Assembly (NCBI GenBank): GCA_000182565.2
Contig: KQ257460.1
Length of the DNA stretch: 64,000 bases
Strand: one strand, 5' to 3'
Source: Spizellomyces punctatus DAOM BR117
Lineage: Eukaryota
This document shows, piece by piece, positions 1 through 14,650 of this stretch; within the stretch, counting starts at the first letter, position 1; every line of letters begins with the position of its first letter. The translations under genes and the position numbers were made by a program. The notes beneath the pieces are model-generated. The model did no database searches. It saw nothing but the letters and a program-made list of their open reading frames with translations, and was not told the origin of the DNA.

Positions 1-2827
1 CTTTCCTCAAGGGTGTTACGCACGTCTATGACTGCAGAAAATCAACATAGCCATAGTCACCTGTGCTGCTAATTGCGGATCCAGCTCAAGGACACGCTTC
101 GAATATTTCAAGATCAGCTCCTTATTAGATGATTTCGTCAAATGGTTGACGAGAAGCGGCAACCCCGGAAAGTCTTCGTCTGTCACTTCATTCGAAGCCA
201 TTCTGCAAAAAAAAAGGAGCGAGTTAACATCTCGGTCATCTGGCATTACGGTGTTTGCCAAGCAGTTGAGCTTGGTGAGTGTGCAAAACCATATTACCGT
301 AGCCACAGAGCAAAAGCATCTTCCACCATTCCCTTCTGCTCATACAGTAGACTAAGAGCATAATGTCGCTAATGGGAATCAAGTGAGCTGTTAGCGTATC
401 TGAAACGCGGACTTGGGGCGAAAAGGGCAGCTTACTTCTTTCTCTCCTAAAACCTTCGCTGCATCTTGCACATCGCAACAATTTTCTGATGATAAAAGTT
501 GATACAATCTCTTGCGATCTGTCTCTACGTAAAGCTTCAATAAGGCTGTATCGAGGGTCTGATCACCCAGGTTAGTTGGCACAGAGGACCTTCAGCCGAA
601 GACCGTCATGCTTCGTACCTTCTGCTTATCCCCTTCCCGTGCCGTCTCCCGGACGTGGCGAAGGTACTTGCCCAGCATTTCCTAACGCGGTTATCAATAT
701 TAGAAGGTCACTCAAACGGACCAATTTGGATCGAATTCTACCACACCTTTGCATTGCCGACTAAGGCGTCTCTGAACGACCCTAACGTTTCGGGATCAGC
801 ATCCGGATAATCTCTTTGCAGACTTGCACTGACTGAAAAAAAAGCAGTAAGATCCAGGTGAATGTCGCCGTTGGTATTCATAACATAGCGGCATACCAAT
901 CTCATCAATTGTCCCTTGTTGGCTTACCCATTCTGAAGTTGCATCATCTACTTCAGGAATCGAGCCTGAAGGAGAGCCGGCCACATCCGGAAAAAGCTTG
1001 AGAAGTCGTTCAGATTCTATTTCTCCCTTTGTAAACAACTCAAATGCCTCCTCAAAGAGTGTATCTTTGAAGTAGATTAAACCAGCGCGTTGGTAGAGTG
1101 ATGAGAGTTTCAGTCTCTGTGAACTTTAACAGTCACTACATCGATGACGAACATATGGGGATGTAACTCTTGTACTCAGTACCTGTGCGTCAGTACTTTC
1201 ATGTTGCTGTCCTTGCATCATTGTCTCCGCTAATTGCACGGCAGCTTCCACACTTCGCAATTCAAGCAGGTCATCCACTTGTCGCTCTAGACAATCCATC
1301 CGAAGGGCCAAGACAGTTTCTTTGCAACCGACCAGCAGTCTGATACTCCCATTTGAGGCGGATTTGTCCATAGGTAGCTCCATTTCGAACGTCGCTTCAA
1401 CGAGAAACTTCGGCTCGCTTGAAGCGGGGAGGGTAATAGTCTGTACCCTTTTTTGGTTGAAGATATTGTGAATTTCAATACAGTTGTTATGCAGAAGGGC
1501 GGCAACGTATGGGAAGTGGAATGCTGATCAGAGTATTGTCAGAAGTCAATGAGGGGTACTGGCCCAAGAGGTACCCGGTATAAATGTAATTACCTAGGGA
1601 TTTCGGAATTGCGGGCCATTCTAGGGTTCCTGTTATAGTCGCGTTTCCATTTGTTAGCGGTAAAGAGAAAGCACATAAGTATGTACCGCGGACGTCCACA
1701 CACCTCGTATTGGTTCTCCATTAGGAGATATGAAAAGTCCCAATCCGAGCCCCTGGGGAGTGGCTGTTGCAAGTAGATACTCGCCATTACTAACAACAAT
1801 TGCAAGCGGTTTTTGGAGGGTACGGTCATAAGGAAAAAGAGGAATGGTTAACCCGTTGTCGATATTGATAAGTTTATATTGGTGCTGGTCGGCCGCACAA
1901 ATTCGGGACTCATATCGCACCATCATAATGGCACCGTCCGGAAGCGAGATTTCCTTTATATTCCATTTCAGCATCTATCCCGGCGTCATCAACTTCCTCA
2001 TGTCATCTACCTTTTCGAGTTCCAACATGTCTCCAAGATGCCCAGACACTAGCGTCCGTCGCTTGGCAAAAGACATGGGCATAGGTGATTGTGTATATCT
2101 ATCCGCACAGAAACATGTGATCGCCTTCACAGGTTGAGCCACCAGTGCAGGCACTTGACTCAGCGTGTCCAATTCGAAGAAGTTTGCAGAAGCATCTACC
2201 AAGCAAAAGGAGATGTTCAACCTTCAAGGGGACCCATATATTTACGGATAATGCTTGCGAGATTTACCGCATAAAACGACGAGCTTGGACTCCGTTGGTA
2301 CGGCTATGATGGCATCCACATGTCTTCGCCCAAAACCCAAAAACTTTTTCACGTTTAGATGGCTTTTCAGAGGCGCCTTGGGAACAGACATCAAAGAATC
2401 AGCAACAAAAATAAAGGGTAGGCTGAGCATATAAGAGTTTGTCCGACTTACATCCACTTCAGCGGCACTTTCGCGTTCCAATGTATAATGGAAAATGTGG
2501 CCGTCTGAAGTGCCCACATATAGATGTGAATCTAAATGACCATTAATTGCCTCTTGATTAGTTCCCTTTCCAGTTGAGCGAGCCCATCACGAACGTGGGG
2601 AATCATGACAGTGCCCACATACCGCATAGCTCCAAGGAAACTATCGTGGCTTTGTTGGCGTTGGGTGAACCCGGTGTGGAGGGACTACTCGCACCAGCTC
2701 CCCCATGTCCCACCAGACCAGCTCGCCCGAATATTGAGGAACGCTGCAGTGGAGTTGTTACTTCATCCAAACTGAGATCTTGAGCCAAGGTCACGACTTT
2801 GAATGGAGTGAACGACGGCCGCGACAT
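1..2827 (-). CDS. Vps39/Vam6-TGFBRAP1(Vps3) family CNH-domain vacuolar tethering protein, multi-exon, 3' end runs off the window
   Basis: ATG at 2827 (MSRPSFTPFK). Exon peptides: YVGTSDGHIFHY, ICAADQHQYKLINIDNG...LFP, GLGLFISPNGEPIRG, QVDDLLELRSVEAAVQLAE, QRAGLIYF...AFELF, LDTALLKLYVE, ELILKYSKRVLELDPQLA. These fit the CNH plus Vps39_1 architecture. Confidence 0.8.
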
Positions 2828-3201
2828 GTTGCGCTGTTTGAACTAGCCCGACCAAGCGGGCGCTTCGTGTACGGTCTCCAGCTTATGAGGGTCTTGCTGT
2901 CAGGAACCTACTAATTTCAACGGTCAAAAAGCTCGGCAGATGTGTCGCAGATCGCAACGTGCAAAGTTCACCTTGCTGTCCAATGCCCTTGAATGACTCA
3001 CCCCTGATTCGAACCATAGGTTCTTCTGTGTTATCGAGAGGTGGGGAAGTGTCCTGGTGCGCGCCGCGATAACTGGTCTAAGATCCCATTAAAACAGCAA
3101 CTGCAGGTATTAAAAAAACTAATAAAAAGATATTGCTTCACGATCTCTACAAACCCACTAATTTAGGTGGTGATATCCCTTTAGCTGCGTATATAGGGAA
3201 A

Positions 3202-5695
3202 ATGGACGGGCTTGCGGAAACATTCCAGAAGATCGGTCTATCAGAGACAAAGGCGAAGGAGACTGCCGCTAACAAGAAGCTGTCGGCCAATTTGGAAGAA
3301 GTCATTAGGGAAGCGGGCGCTTCTGATGGAGTGGAACGGACGATAGGAGCCCTGTTTTATACGCTGGCATCGACGATAACGCCGAAAGCTCGTCCCCACT
3401 TGCCATACATAGCGAAGGCGATCAAAACTGGCAGACTCACTTCAAACGATCAGATATCGGCGGCAATCAAGTATGCCGAAAAAGCTGGGCAGTCCCTTGA
3501 TGATTCAAAGTTTGACGAAGAATGCGGTGTTGGTGAGTGAGATGCAGAGTTACCCTCACGGAATGGTCGACCGACCTCTCAAGGATTTTTCGGCAGGTGT
3601 GGTGGTCACTCAGGAAGAGATCATAGCGACGGTGTCAAATGTTATTGACTCGCGAAAAGAGGATTTGATCGAGAAACGCTATCAGATGCTTGGCCAGCTT
3701 CTTGGTGAACTTCGAACGCGGTTACGCTGGGCGAATTCGTTAGCTGTAAAGGAAGAATTGGACAAGCAGATGCTGGAGGTTCTTGGACCGAAAGACGAGC
3801 GCGACAACCCAAAGGCCAAGGTAAGCCCGATGTGTCAGTGCTGTTTATTAGTGTGGTAGCGAGATGCCCATCAGTCTCTTGGCATTCCACCATAGAAAAA
3901 GCAGGAGAAAGTGGCAAATGCGTCAAAAGTTCCCACAAAGGACGCTCCTCCCTCGAGTGGCAACCGGGTAGCTGAAACAGCAAAAAGCACACGATTCATA
4001 TTTGAGGGTGAATTGGCGCGGCTGCATAAGCCAGGAGAGAATCCCCAGATCAAACCAGAGCTCATGAAGGAGCATCTCGCACGTACCGGAGGCAAAGTGG
4101 TTACGCGTTTTCCACCTGAACCAAACGGATTCTTGCACATTGGTCACGCAAAAGCTATCAATGTCAACTTTGGGTACGCTGCTGCTTATAAGGGTATCAC
4201 GTATCTGCGATACGATGACACCAATCCGGAAGCCGAGGAAGAAATTTACTTCACCTCAATTCTTGATACCGTAAGATGGCTAGGATTTGAGCCGACCGCA
4301 ATTACTTATTCGTCGGACCACTTCCAGCGCTTGTACGAGTTGGCCGTTGAGTTGATCAAGAGGGATAAGGGTTACGTGTGCCATTGTACTGGTGAGCAGA
4401 TATATGCGGATAGAGGGGGTGATACGAAAGGACCTCGGCGAGCGTGTATTCACAGAAACCGACCGATCGAGGAATCCCTGGCTGAGTTCCAAAAGATGAA
4501 GGATGGAGAGTATCAGGAAGGAGAAGCCATCCTTCGCATGAAGATGGACTTGGAGAACCCAAACCCGCAGTTCTGGGACTTGGTTGCGTACCGTGTGCTA
4601 AAAGCACCCCACCATCGAACTGGGGATCAGTGGTGCATCTATCCTACGTATGACTTCACCCACTGCCTATGCGACTCTTTTGAGGACATCACGCATTCCC
4701 TCTGTACCACCGAATTCACACTATCTCGTGAGTCATACTATTGGCTCGTGGATGCATTGGAAATTTACAAGCCTGTTCAGTGGGAATATGGTCGACTGAA
4801 TCTAGCCTACACGGTCATGTCGAAACGGAAACTGAAAAAGTTGGTGGAAGACAAACTTGTCTCTGGTTGGGACGACCCCCGACTCTATACAATGGCCGCT
4901 ATTCGACGACGTGGTTTCACTCCGGAAGCTATTAACGCGTTCGTTCGGGACTTGGGAGTCACGACAGCCAACACTGTAATCCACCCCGAACGTTTGGAAA
5001 ATATTGTTCGCGATCACCTCAACGATGTCGCACCACGTCTGATGTTGATCCTCGAGCCCTTGAAGATTACTCTGACCAACTTACCAGAGGGATATGAGGA
5101 GGAAGTGACGGTACCAAACAAGCCACGAGACGACTCTATGGGGTCCCACACTGTTCCGTTCACACGCACGGTATACATTGATCGCTCAGATTTCAAAGAG
5201 CAGGATGACCCGAACTTTTACCGATTGGCTCCTGGCAAGACCGTTGGTCTTCTCAACGTCCGGCATCCGATTACAGCAACCGAGGTGGTGAAGGACGGTA
5301 GCGGAAATGTGATTGAAGTAAAGGCGCGCTACGAAAATGGACCGGAGGTTTCAAAAAAGCCAAAGACATACATCCACTGGGTCGCAGAATCCGCAAAGCA
5401 CCAGTCACCCGTGAAAGTAGAAGTTCGACTATATTCAAACTTGTTTTTACACGAGAACCCGCAAAGCGAGAAAGATGTTCCTGGAGGGTGGTTGAGCGAC
5501 CTGAATCCGACCTCGCTTGTCACCATCCCCGAAGCGTTCTCTGAGGTCGGCATCAACACATTCAAGGTTGAGGATAAGTTCCAGGCTGTGCGAACGGGCT
5601 ACTTTTGTGTGGATCCCAATTCCGATGTGAAACATGGGAAATTCGTCCTTAACCGGACGGTAACGTTGAAGGAGGACAGTAAGAAGGATAAATGA
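3202..5695 (+). CDS. GLN4: Glutaminyl-tRNA synthetase, with two introns near the 5' end
   Basis: TRFPPEPNGFLHIGHAK (HIGH), YDDTNPEAEE, IYPTYDFTHCLCDS, MSKRK, and the eukaryotic N-terminal extension. Confidence 0.97.
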
Positions 5696-5899
5696 AGTGA
5701 GGGCGTGCTTGTCAACTGTAAAAACACACTAGTCTAATAGATGAATACAATGATTCTCCAATGACATGCCACACTTTCATCTCATGAACTTGGTAACTGC
5801 TCACCATTAATTTAAATCGAGAAGCACATGGACAAAAAGAAATCCGTTAAAACGCCATTGCAATCATGAGAAGGAATATAAGATAGCATATAACCTGCG

Positions 5900-7297
5900 C
5901 TAGTCTCTATTTACAACTCTTGGCCGGGTAGGCACTTTACGACGTTTCAGTAAACGGTTGATACAAAATGCATTAGCTCCTATAGCAAACTTGAATATCG
6001 GTAAACGTCGCGGTACGTATTTTGTCGTAACGATCTCGTTTGGCCGTGGAAGTGGTTTGGCCCCGTTGGACATGATTATATACTAGGAGGAAGCAAATAT
6101 AAGTACGCCCATGTTCTCAGAGACATCAAACAGCGTCGTACCATGGGAAAGAGTAATGCAAAAAGACCTTGACTTATGAATTGAGGGAAGAAGAATGTAA
6201 AGAGGGTGCAGGGAAATCCTTTGGTGCCAGTCAGGAAATAGACCGTAGCTGAGTGCAAAGGTAAACGAAACTCACCGAATCCGATGAAATACGCCCAATG
6301 CTCTTCAAAGTGGTCAATTCGCTGTTTAAGCGACCATCCTTTGTTGGCCCATTTATATTCAAATGAGTAAAAGGACGCTATCCAGCAGAAACATATAAAG
6401 CACGCGGGTGGCCCGGCGTATGGTATCATGTAGATGACAATCGACTGGATTAGGTAGTTGAGAAGAAGTAGACCTCGATAGGCTTCGTCTGTAATGGTTG
6501 TCAAGAGTCTATATGGAAAGCGCAAGGTTGACGAATGGCCAATGGGTAATTGCAGATTAGGAATACAAAGATACCTTTCGTATGTGAACTGAGTGGATAC
6601 AGGTTTTCCCACTTGCACTCGGTAAGAGCGGTCAGCAATGCGCTGATACCACACGGAATTCAACATGAAGCTGATCAGGTACATTGGATACACCCAAAGC
6701 ACCTACGGTAAAATATCTGAGATCAAGCAGGTACGGACAAGAAAGGTTCGGCTTGATAACTTACATAATAGGTCATGCTAAAAAGCGTATCTAGCATTTC
6801 CGTACTTTTGGCATTTTGATCGGCGCGGCCTCGGTGGGCCCAAAGACGGTGGGATATAGGTAGGATGGCGTAATCAAAGAGGAAAATGGAACCAAGAAAG
6901 ATAAGTCCATTTAATAGGAAGCATTTGAAGGTGTTGATCTGTATCGTCTTGGACCTAACAAAACTCTTTAAGAAGGGTATTTCTTTGGAACAGCACAAAA
7001 CATTTGGGTATCTTACCCATAGATAGAGATAAGCGACGCTGGCCAAGCAAATGCATCCTTTGCCCCTTGAAGGGCAAACCTACAGTGCAGCGCTACAGAT
7101 TCTTTCAGTGAGTCCGCACGCAGTTCGATTTGAGGGCGAGGTTCAGAGGACGTCGGAACGTCCTGCAAATTGCCTTTTGAAAGTTGCGCTGACGAGGTGC
7201 CGCGACGGGAGAAGCGCGGTGAAAGAGTAGTCGGTCTAGACGCAGAATGCAGATCTTGGGCTGGTTTATGCAAAGACGAACGCCGGGGTTGTTCCAT
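5900..7297 (-). CDS. EI24: EI24 (etoposide-induced 2.4) family membrane protein, multi-exon
   Basis: KCFLLNGLIFLGS, LWVYPMYLISFMLNSVWYQRIAD, YSFEYKW, FEEHWAYFIGFGFP, GLFALLFP. Stop at about 5900 after ...RPRVVNRD. Confidence 0.88.
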
Positions 7298-7500
7298 CGA
7301 TAAGCGCTGGCTGTGTGAAGCGTTAATGGCCCAGAGAAAGCATCACGCTTAAAAGGTCAATCAGCAGCTGGAGCTGAGTGATGACTCACCAAGTCACGAG
7401 CCTCAGCGCGACCAAACTTCAACTGATCGCTTTGGAACACGATTTCCCCAAATAACCGCAATTAACAATGGTTGTTACTCGAAATGGTGCTATTATAGCA

Positions 7501-8372
7501 ATGTCGGAAGACTCGGTAACGCTGGGGCGGGACCATGTGCCTTCTGCTGTGGCATCAACCACAGAGATTGACTCGCCCGTTGCCAATGTGGACACTGTTC
7601 CGTCCATGAACATACCGCGGTCTGCCTTTGAAAAGAAGTTTCATGCCAAAGAGGATGCTTTCAAAGGTGGGCTACTTTTGGACTTCATGGTCATATCTGC
7701 GAGGCCGCTGTGAGAAGCAGAAAGTAATTCCCGAGCCGTTGCAGATCTGGCAAGATTTGAGGAGCGATTGCGATACAATATGTACCGAAGGCGTCGATCA
7801 GAGACATATTGGGGCGGTAAATACATCAATGAAGCCTTATTCTAACGCATGGCGAGAATCTAATTTGAATATCTCACAAGTGGGCTTCACTATCCTCTTC
7901 ATTATTCTCTTGTGGTGCTTGTATCAGATCTTTACAAATAAGCGGGTGGACGAACAGGTAGATGTTGACCAGTCAAGACAATGCACTATCGCTTGCACTG
8001 ACGCCCTTTTGAGCAGGGCATATCTATACCAAACTCATGGCACGTTTTCGGCGTCACTGTTTTGGTATCGGCCATAACCATTTTCGTTACAACGGGCACC
8101 CTCCGGACGACCATGCTGTACTCGACTCGGTAAGAGCCATGGATTGCTTCATTGCCTTGTTCCTAACGTCGTTTTAATACTGGCGGTTTGTCAGATACAT
8201 TCAGAGATGCAATAGCGCTCTTCGACCTTTTAATATGGAGTTCAACAAGGACCGGAAAGGGGGCATCTCGTTCCTCCAAAAGGTACCACCCGAATTTCAG
8301 GATGGATATGAGAAATATCGAGCAGAGTATTGGCGACAACAAGCTTTGAAAAAGAAGAAGAAGAAGGGATGA
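7501..8372 (+). CDS. Spo7/CNEP1R1-like regulatory subunit of the Nem1 phosphatase, multi-exon
   Basis: Spliced product contains AFK-DLARFEERLRYNM, two TM segments, then RYIQRCNSALRPFNMEFN, and ends KKKKKKG*. This resembles the Spo7/TMEM188 layout. Confidence 0.65.
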
Positions 8373-8825
8373 AGGAGACGATCAAAGATGCGTAGTGTGG
8401 GGATTAAAGTGAATTCAATTCGGGCTTTGTAAATATACTGTTTATCCGTTGCTGAACAGAAGTCATCAGATTGAGATACAGACGGGGAGAGGGTGCTGAA
8501 TTGTATATTCTAAAAGTGAAAGCAATAGGTTGCAATTTTTCCCTTTCCATTCTACGCTTTCGTTTAGCGACACACACACAAAAGTAGGTAGCAATTTCAA
8601 AAATTCTCCGCAGAGCAGCAAATGCAATGCAACACACTTGGCAGCACAGTTAATAGATCCACAGAACTGCACTGACATCCCAATCCCAACAAATCAAAGC
8701 ATCCCAAAAGTATTCTGCTGCTGCTGCTGCACGATCCTATCATCTAAAAAAATTCTCCCCAGGAGAGAACGCACCTCTTTCAATTCCCTCTACATATGCA
8801 CAAACGCAACCCACGTCGTTTTCCA

Positions 8826-9669
<844 letters not shown>

Positions 9670-10111
9670 GACCAGCGTTCAAGGCCGATATCGCCAATTG
9701 GAAGGATAACTATGAGCTATAGAGGTACTCGCAGTTTATTGCTCTCCTTGTCAGTTTTTTCTTTTTTACCACGAGCGGTCGACGATAGAATCGCAAACCC
9801 AACTCTAGTGCCCTCTCCCAAATTTCAGAGAGGCTGGTTCGCGAAACACGAATTTGTCAGTGACCGACAACAGCTGCTTTCACCACAGCTGGGGTGGTAG
9901 TCAAAAGGCCTGCGACAACAACCCAACCAACAAAAAAAGAAAGATTCCTTTTGCGAGCAGTGTTCCAAAAGTTCAAAATGGGGGAAGGAGGGGGGAAGCT
10001 TTCCTGGGTTTGTGTCTTTGGGCGGTGCGGCGTGTACGTGGACGCGTCCTACACTAAATAAAGCCTCTTGACTGCAAAAGTGGTGAGATCTCTTAAAAAA
10101 ACGTCTGGAAA

Positions 10112-10826
10112 ATGAAGGGATTTCACTTTGGGCCTTGGCCAATTCGACCGAATGAGATATTCTTTACCTCCAAACTATCGATAGGACTCGTCAATCTAAA
10201 GCCCATTGTCCCGTAAGACCACGAACGTGTTGTTCAAACCCTAATGACGTGTGCTCTTATACCACCTACCATCTGTCCTTTAGCGGTCGTACGTAGACAT
10301 TGTCATTTTTGCAGTCTCCTTAAAAAGGAGAACAAAGAGTAAATATCTGACTAGAAATGTATCCTAGATGTCTTGGTAGTCCCCCGTCGCATTGTTCTAC
10401 GGTTCGCGGACCTCACTTCTGACGAGGTCTCTGACATGTTCCTTAGCGCCCAGGCGATTGGTAAGGTCATAGAAAGGGAATATGGTGGAGAATCTCTTAC
10501 TATTACACTACAGGTGAGGGAAGATGCTGTTTGTCATTAGTTGCTGGCTACAGGACTAACGAAACACGTTACAGGACGGGCCAAAAGCTGGACAAACAGT
10601 ACCACATGTGCATGTCCATGTTATACCGCGGAAAACGGGCGATTGGGCCAATAATGATGACATTTATCCTGAAATTGATCGCAAAGAAAAGGAACTGGCG
10701 GGGGAACTCAAAGCGCCCAAAGGCGTTGACAATGAAGAGCGTCCCCCACGTACGCAGGAGGACATGGGACGGGAGGCCGAGCAGTTGAGGAAACATTTTC
10801 AACAATATGAGGACATTTGGAATTAG
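10112..10826 (+). CDS. HNT2: Bis(5'-adenosyl)-triphosphatase (FHIT/Hnt2/Aph1), HIT family
   Basis: VNLKPIVPGHVLVVPRR (built with the microexon at 10284-10288), QDGPKAGQTVPHVHVHVIPR (HxHxH triad), NDDIY, RPPRTQEDM. Confidence 0.93.
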
Positions 10827-11014
10827 ATGGGCATTGCCAAGATGCAACCATTCAACTGAAACGATTGATGATCTTATTGGCATCAAAGGCGCGGCCTAGA
10901 ATCCAATTCGTGTAAAAGGGATGTAGTTCACTATATATTGCAAAGTGCTGATCTATATACAAAAGAAGCTAGTATAAATAAATGAATGCCACACGGTTAT
11001 TAACAAAATGCTTG

Positions 11015-12511
11015 TTATCGTGATGCAAAGTCCAGCCCATAATTTGTTTCAAGATAGTCCAAGATACCAGGAATACTAGTAAGACAATTAAAAGTCTTCT
11101 TCTCTGCACGACACCAAAGCAGGTTACAGACAGTCAACGTGGCAAGATGACACGCGGCCAAACACGTACCGGCTCTACTCATGGATTTATCCAGCATGTA
11201 CATCAAATGATGATGGAAAATAAAATGGGTGGATCCGTATCCTATACCGAGACGTACATATCTTTCTACACATTCAAGCGGGGTGTACTCGTGTCCCGCA
11301 AACAGAGCTAGGCACGGGTAATGGGACGAATGAGTAATGTCGAGGATGTCAAGCGGTGACAGCATGGTCTTACCTGGATTTTCTAGCAGACCTCGGGCGG
11401 CCATGACACCATCGGTCTTTGTGTACTCGACAATACGATCTGCATCTTGGAGACTAAAGACATCGCCGTTTGCAAAAATTGGCACTGTCGCATGTTCTTT
11501 CACCTAAAACAGACGATGAGTACAATAGTTATGCTCAATAATGTGCTAGTACAACAAGGCAATTACCAACTTGATAGCATCCAAATCAACCGGCTCTGTA
11601 CTCTTCTGCCGTCGTGTCCGTCCATGCACCGTAATCCAATCTACTCCCACGCTCTCGGCCCTTTGAACAAATTCTACCGTCTTTTTCAAATCGGGGTGTA
11701 CACGGATCTTTACTGAGCAAGGGAAGGGTTCTCCGTCCGCCATGGCGATGCCGGATGTGCGTGCTTTGACTTGTCGAACCATGTCACGGACGAGTTCCGG
11801 ATCTTCCATCAAGTGAGCTCCAATTTTTTCGTGAACGGCCCATTTTTGAGGACTAGATGGATACGTTGAGGGCAAACTGAAAAATGGTCAGGGGACGTGA
11901 ACAACATACCATCCACAGTTCAGATCAACACCATTGACGTATCTATGAATACCAACACACAGTCAGCGGTTGAGACAGTGGGCACAATTTCTAGATGAGA
12001 ACGTACGGGGCAGCCAATTCCGCAGCATCCGCCAAATCCACAGCTGAATGAGCAGCAAATTGAATAACAACCGGGTCATCTTTCCTGTTAGTCCTAAACT
12101 CTGTATCCCGGGATATTTTGGAATGCTTATACACATCCGCAAGAATCATGGGTGTATAAGCGATATCAACATCGTAGCTAGAGCACAGTGAGAGAGATAG
12201 GAAAAGAATCAGTGTCATGTAGCTATTCGTTTTCAACTGTGGAAAACACCAACCTACTTCCTCACCAGCTCTCTGAAAGGAAGCTTACTGTATCGAACCA
12301 TGGGTGCACAAATCTTTACGTATCGGTTTCCTGTAGACTTCAAGTCTTGCACTAAGCGAGCGGCAGATCGACGTGGGGGGAGTTCATGGTCGAGATCCGT
12401 AGTGTTTGCTGTGCAATTGTCCACTTGTTTTCCAGCGACAGAGGGTGCAGCGTCCCCATCCACGTCCTCCCGTGCATAATGTAGATTGGGCAGCCGGTGA
12501 TCAACCACCAT
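11015..12511 (-). CDS. DUS4: tRNA-dihydrouridine synthase, Dus4-like, multi-exon
   Basis: ICAPMVRYSKLPFR, YTPMILAD, VDLNCGCPQKWA, SVKIRVH, ITVHGRTR, ANGDVFS, GVMAARGLLENP. Confidence 0.92.
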
Positions 12512-13201
12512 TTTGTGTGTGTTTTTGAAAGTGTTGAAAGTTCGGGCCAAAAGTAATAATAAAAGAAGGATAAACGTGGATGACTCATCCACGAGGGTAA
12601 GCGAAGAGCCAAAAGACAGCTGACCAAAAAGTGTTCCGTTTCGCTCTCATTTCCTCCATTTCCTTTTTCTTGTAGTTTGTTGTTGGGTGGGCCGTTGCTT
12701 TTGAATCCCGCTTACTAGACAGAGCGTTTGAAAATAGTTGGTTTTCATGAGCGGGCATGGACTCGAGAGATCGGAAGGAATCCACGTCCCACTCGAGTAG
12801 TAACAGTTTCAGCCGGAACGCCGCACCCTCTGCTTCCATTCCGACCGGGATTAACCCATTCTATTCTGGTGAGTTTTCAAACCTGATATTTCACGTAATT
12901 GACAAAGGCAAGCGTATGTAGAGAGTGGAAATATGTTCTATTGGGGAAGAATGCGATCGGCCTGGTTTTGAGACGCTGGGGTTTGCCGCATTACACGCTA
13001 ACGCTAAATGTGTGGAAAATCTCAATTCACGTAGATCACAACGTTCCTCCGTACGAAGCTTCGCACTCTTTTCTGGGGAGAGGGACAACACAGGTCATGA
13101 CGAGCGCATATGCGCCTTCGACCGGTACGTCCCCTCACAAAAAATATAAAGTTTGCCTTTAACGAGCGCAATGTGGCTGACATTGCTCTCCAGAACTACC
13201 C

Positions 13202-14419
13202 ATGGGCTCAGACTTTCCCATATCCATGGCAGACGACTTTCTCCCCTTTCCGCTCTCACCGTCAACCCCCCTCCCTGTGCTGAACCCAGAGGAGCCACTC
13301 CTCAACGACGTTGAGCAAAAGTACTTTTCAGAGTTTTTGGATACACTCGTCAGTCCCGACGTGGAGACGGATGCAGCGGCGTATCATATGCCACCGTTAC
13401 CTCAATCTGCTTTTGACCGAGTACCGCAGAATATGTATAATCCACGCGGAGACGCTTTGCATTCTGGAGAACCGTCACAGCCATCGCCTTATGGGGGCGT
13501 TCCCGTACCGACCCCAAGTCCAGTAGAAGGGCATGCAGCAAATTGGACACAATCGGATCGCCTTGCACATCCACCAAAGGCGAACCACCCAATACCAAAT
13601 CTGTACGTTGATACGTCGGCTGGTCCACCCAGACGCTCGTACCCACTTTCCGCCGGTGCAAACATGCAAAGCACTCCCCACGGGCACGACCCATCACCGG
13701 GATCCCTCCTCGTCAATGACTCTCGCCCAAATGCCTCGCCATCTGAAGCAGACTCTCCAGAAAGCGTGTCAACAAACACGCGACGAAAATCCGAACCAGC
13801 CATCCAAACCAAAGCAGCAGGACGAGGTAAAGCGCCTAAACCAAAAGACATGAAACGGCGCGGTGGTCGTGAACTCTTGACGGAACAAGAAAAACGCACC
13901 AACCACATCATGTCTGAGCAAAAACGACGAAACTTGATCCGACAAGGGTTCAAAGCCCTCGCTGAGCTCGTTCCTGGATTAAAAGGCGGGAACCTCGGAA
14001 GCAGTAAAAGCGTCATCCTTTACAACACTGTTGGATTTATCCGACACTTGGAACATGGTAACCGAGTCCTGACAGACCAACTAGGCATGCTTCACAAGCG
14101 ATATAATATGCATGTCGCTGGACAACAACGAGAAGGAGACCGACTCGTTCATCAACCCATGCCCAAAAAAGAGGATAGACCCGACCCAGACCCAATTCGA
14201 ACCCATTCCCCATCGAATCGACTCCCGAGTCCGAATCCACCCATACATCCACATGATGCCAAACGTACCGCTGGGCATCGGGTTGTTGAACAACGTGGAC
14301 AGCCGGTACGGAGGTTAGTGCATTCTCATCAGCCTTCACCGGCTTCTACGAGTAGTGATCAGGCGGATGTGTCGGATGGGGTAGGGGATGTTGGGGGACG
14401 ACAAGAGAGAACGACATGA
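13202..14419 (+). CDS. bHLH transcription factor (Ino4/Mlx-like)
   Basis: ELLTEQEKRTNHIMSEQKRRNLIRQGFKALAELVPGL...SKSVILYNTVGFIRHL, in a 405-aa ORF with a Pro/Ser-rich N-terminus. Confidence 0.88.
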   Translation: MGSDFPISMADDFLPFPLSPSTPLPVLNPEEPLLNDVEQKYFSEFLDTLVSPDVETDAAAYHMPPLPQSAFDRVPQNMYNPRGDALHSGEPSQPSPYGGVPVPTPSPVEGHAANWTQSDRLAHPPKANHPIPNLYVDTSAGPPRRSYPLSAGANMQSTPHGHDPSPGSLLVNDSRPNASPSEADSPESVSTNTRRKSEPAIQTKAAGRGKAPKPKDMKRRGGRELLTEQEKRTNHIMSEQKRRNLIRQGFKALAELVPGLKGGNLGSSKSVILYNTVGFIRHLEHGNRVLTDQLGMLHKRYNMHVAGQQREGDRLVHQPMPKKEDRPDPDPIRTHSPSNRLPSPNPPIHPHDAKRTAGHRVVEQRGQPVRRLVHSHQPSPASTSSDQADVSDGVGDVGGRQERTT

Positions 14420-14650
14420 CATGTTAATCCAAAAAGAAAAACGCGGGCAGAGGGAAGGGACATTGGGTATTTTTTTTCTTTTTTCTTTCAGTATATAACC
14501 TAATCTGCGAAAACGTTGTATATAGTAATAATAATGGGGTGCCTGCTTTTTTTTTTGACGAGTGGTTATGAATCTTGTGTTTTTTTTTTCATGATCACTC
14601 GTGCATGTTGTGTCGTAAGTTTCCTTTCTATAATAAAATATACAAACGCT

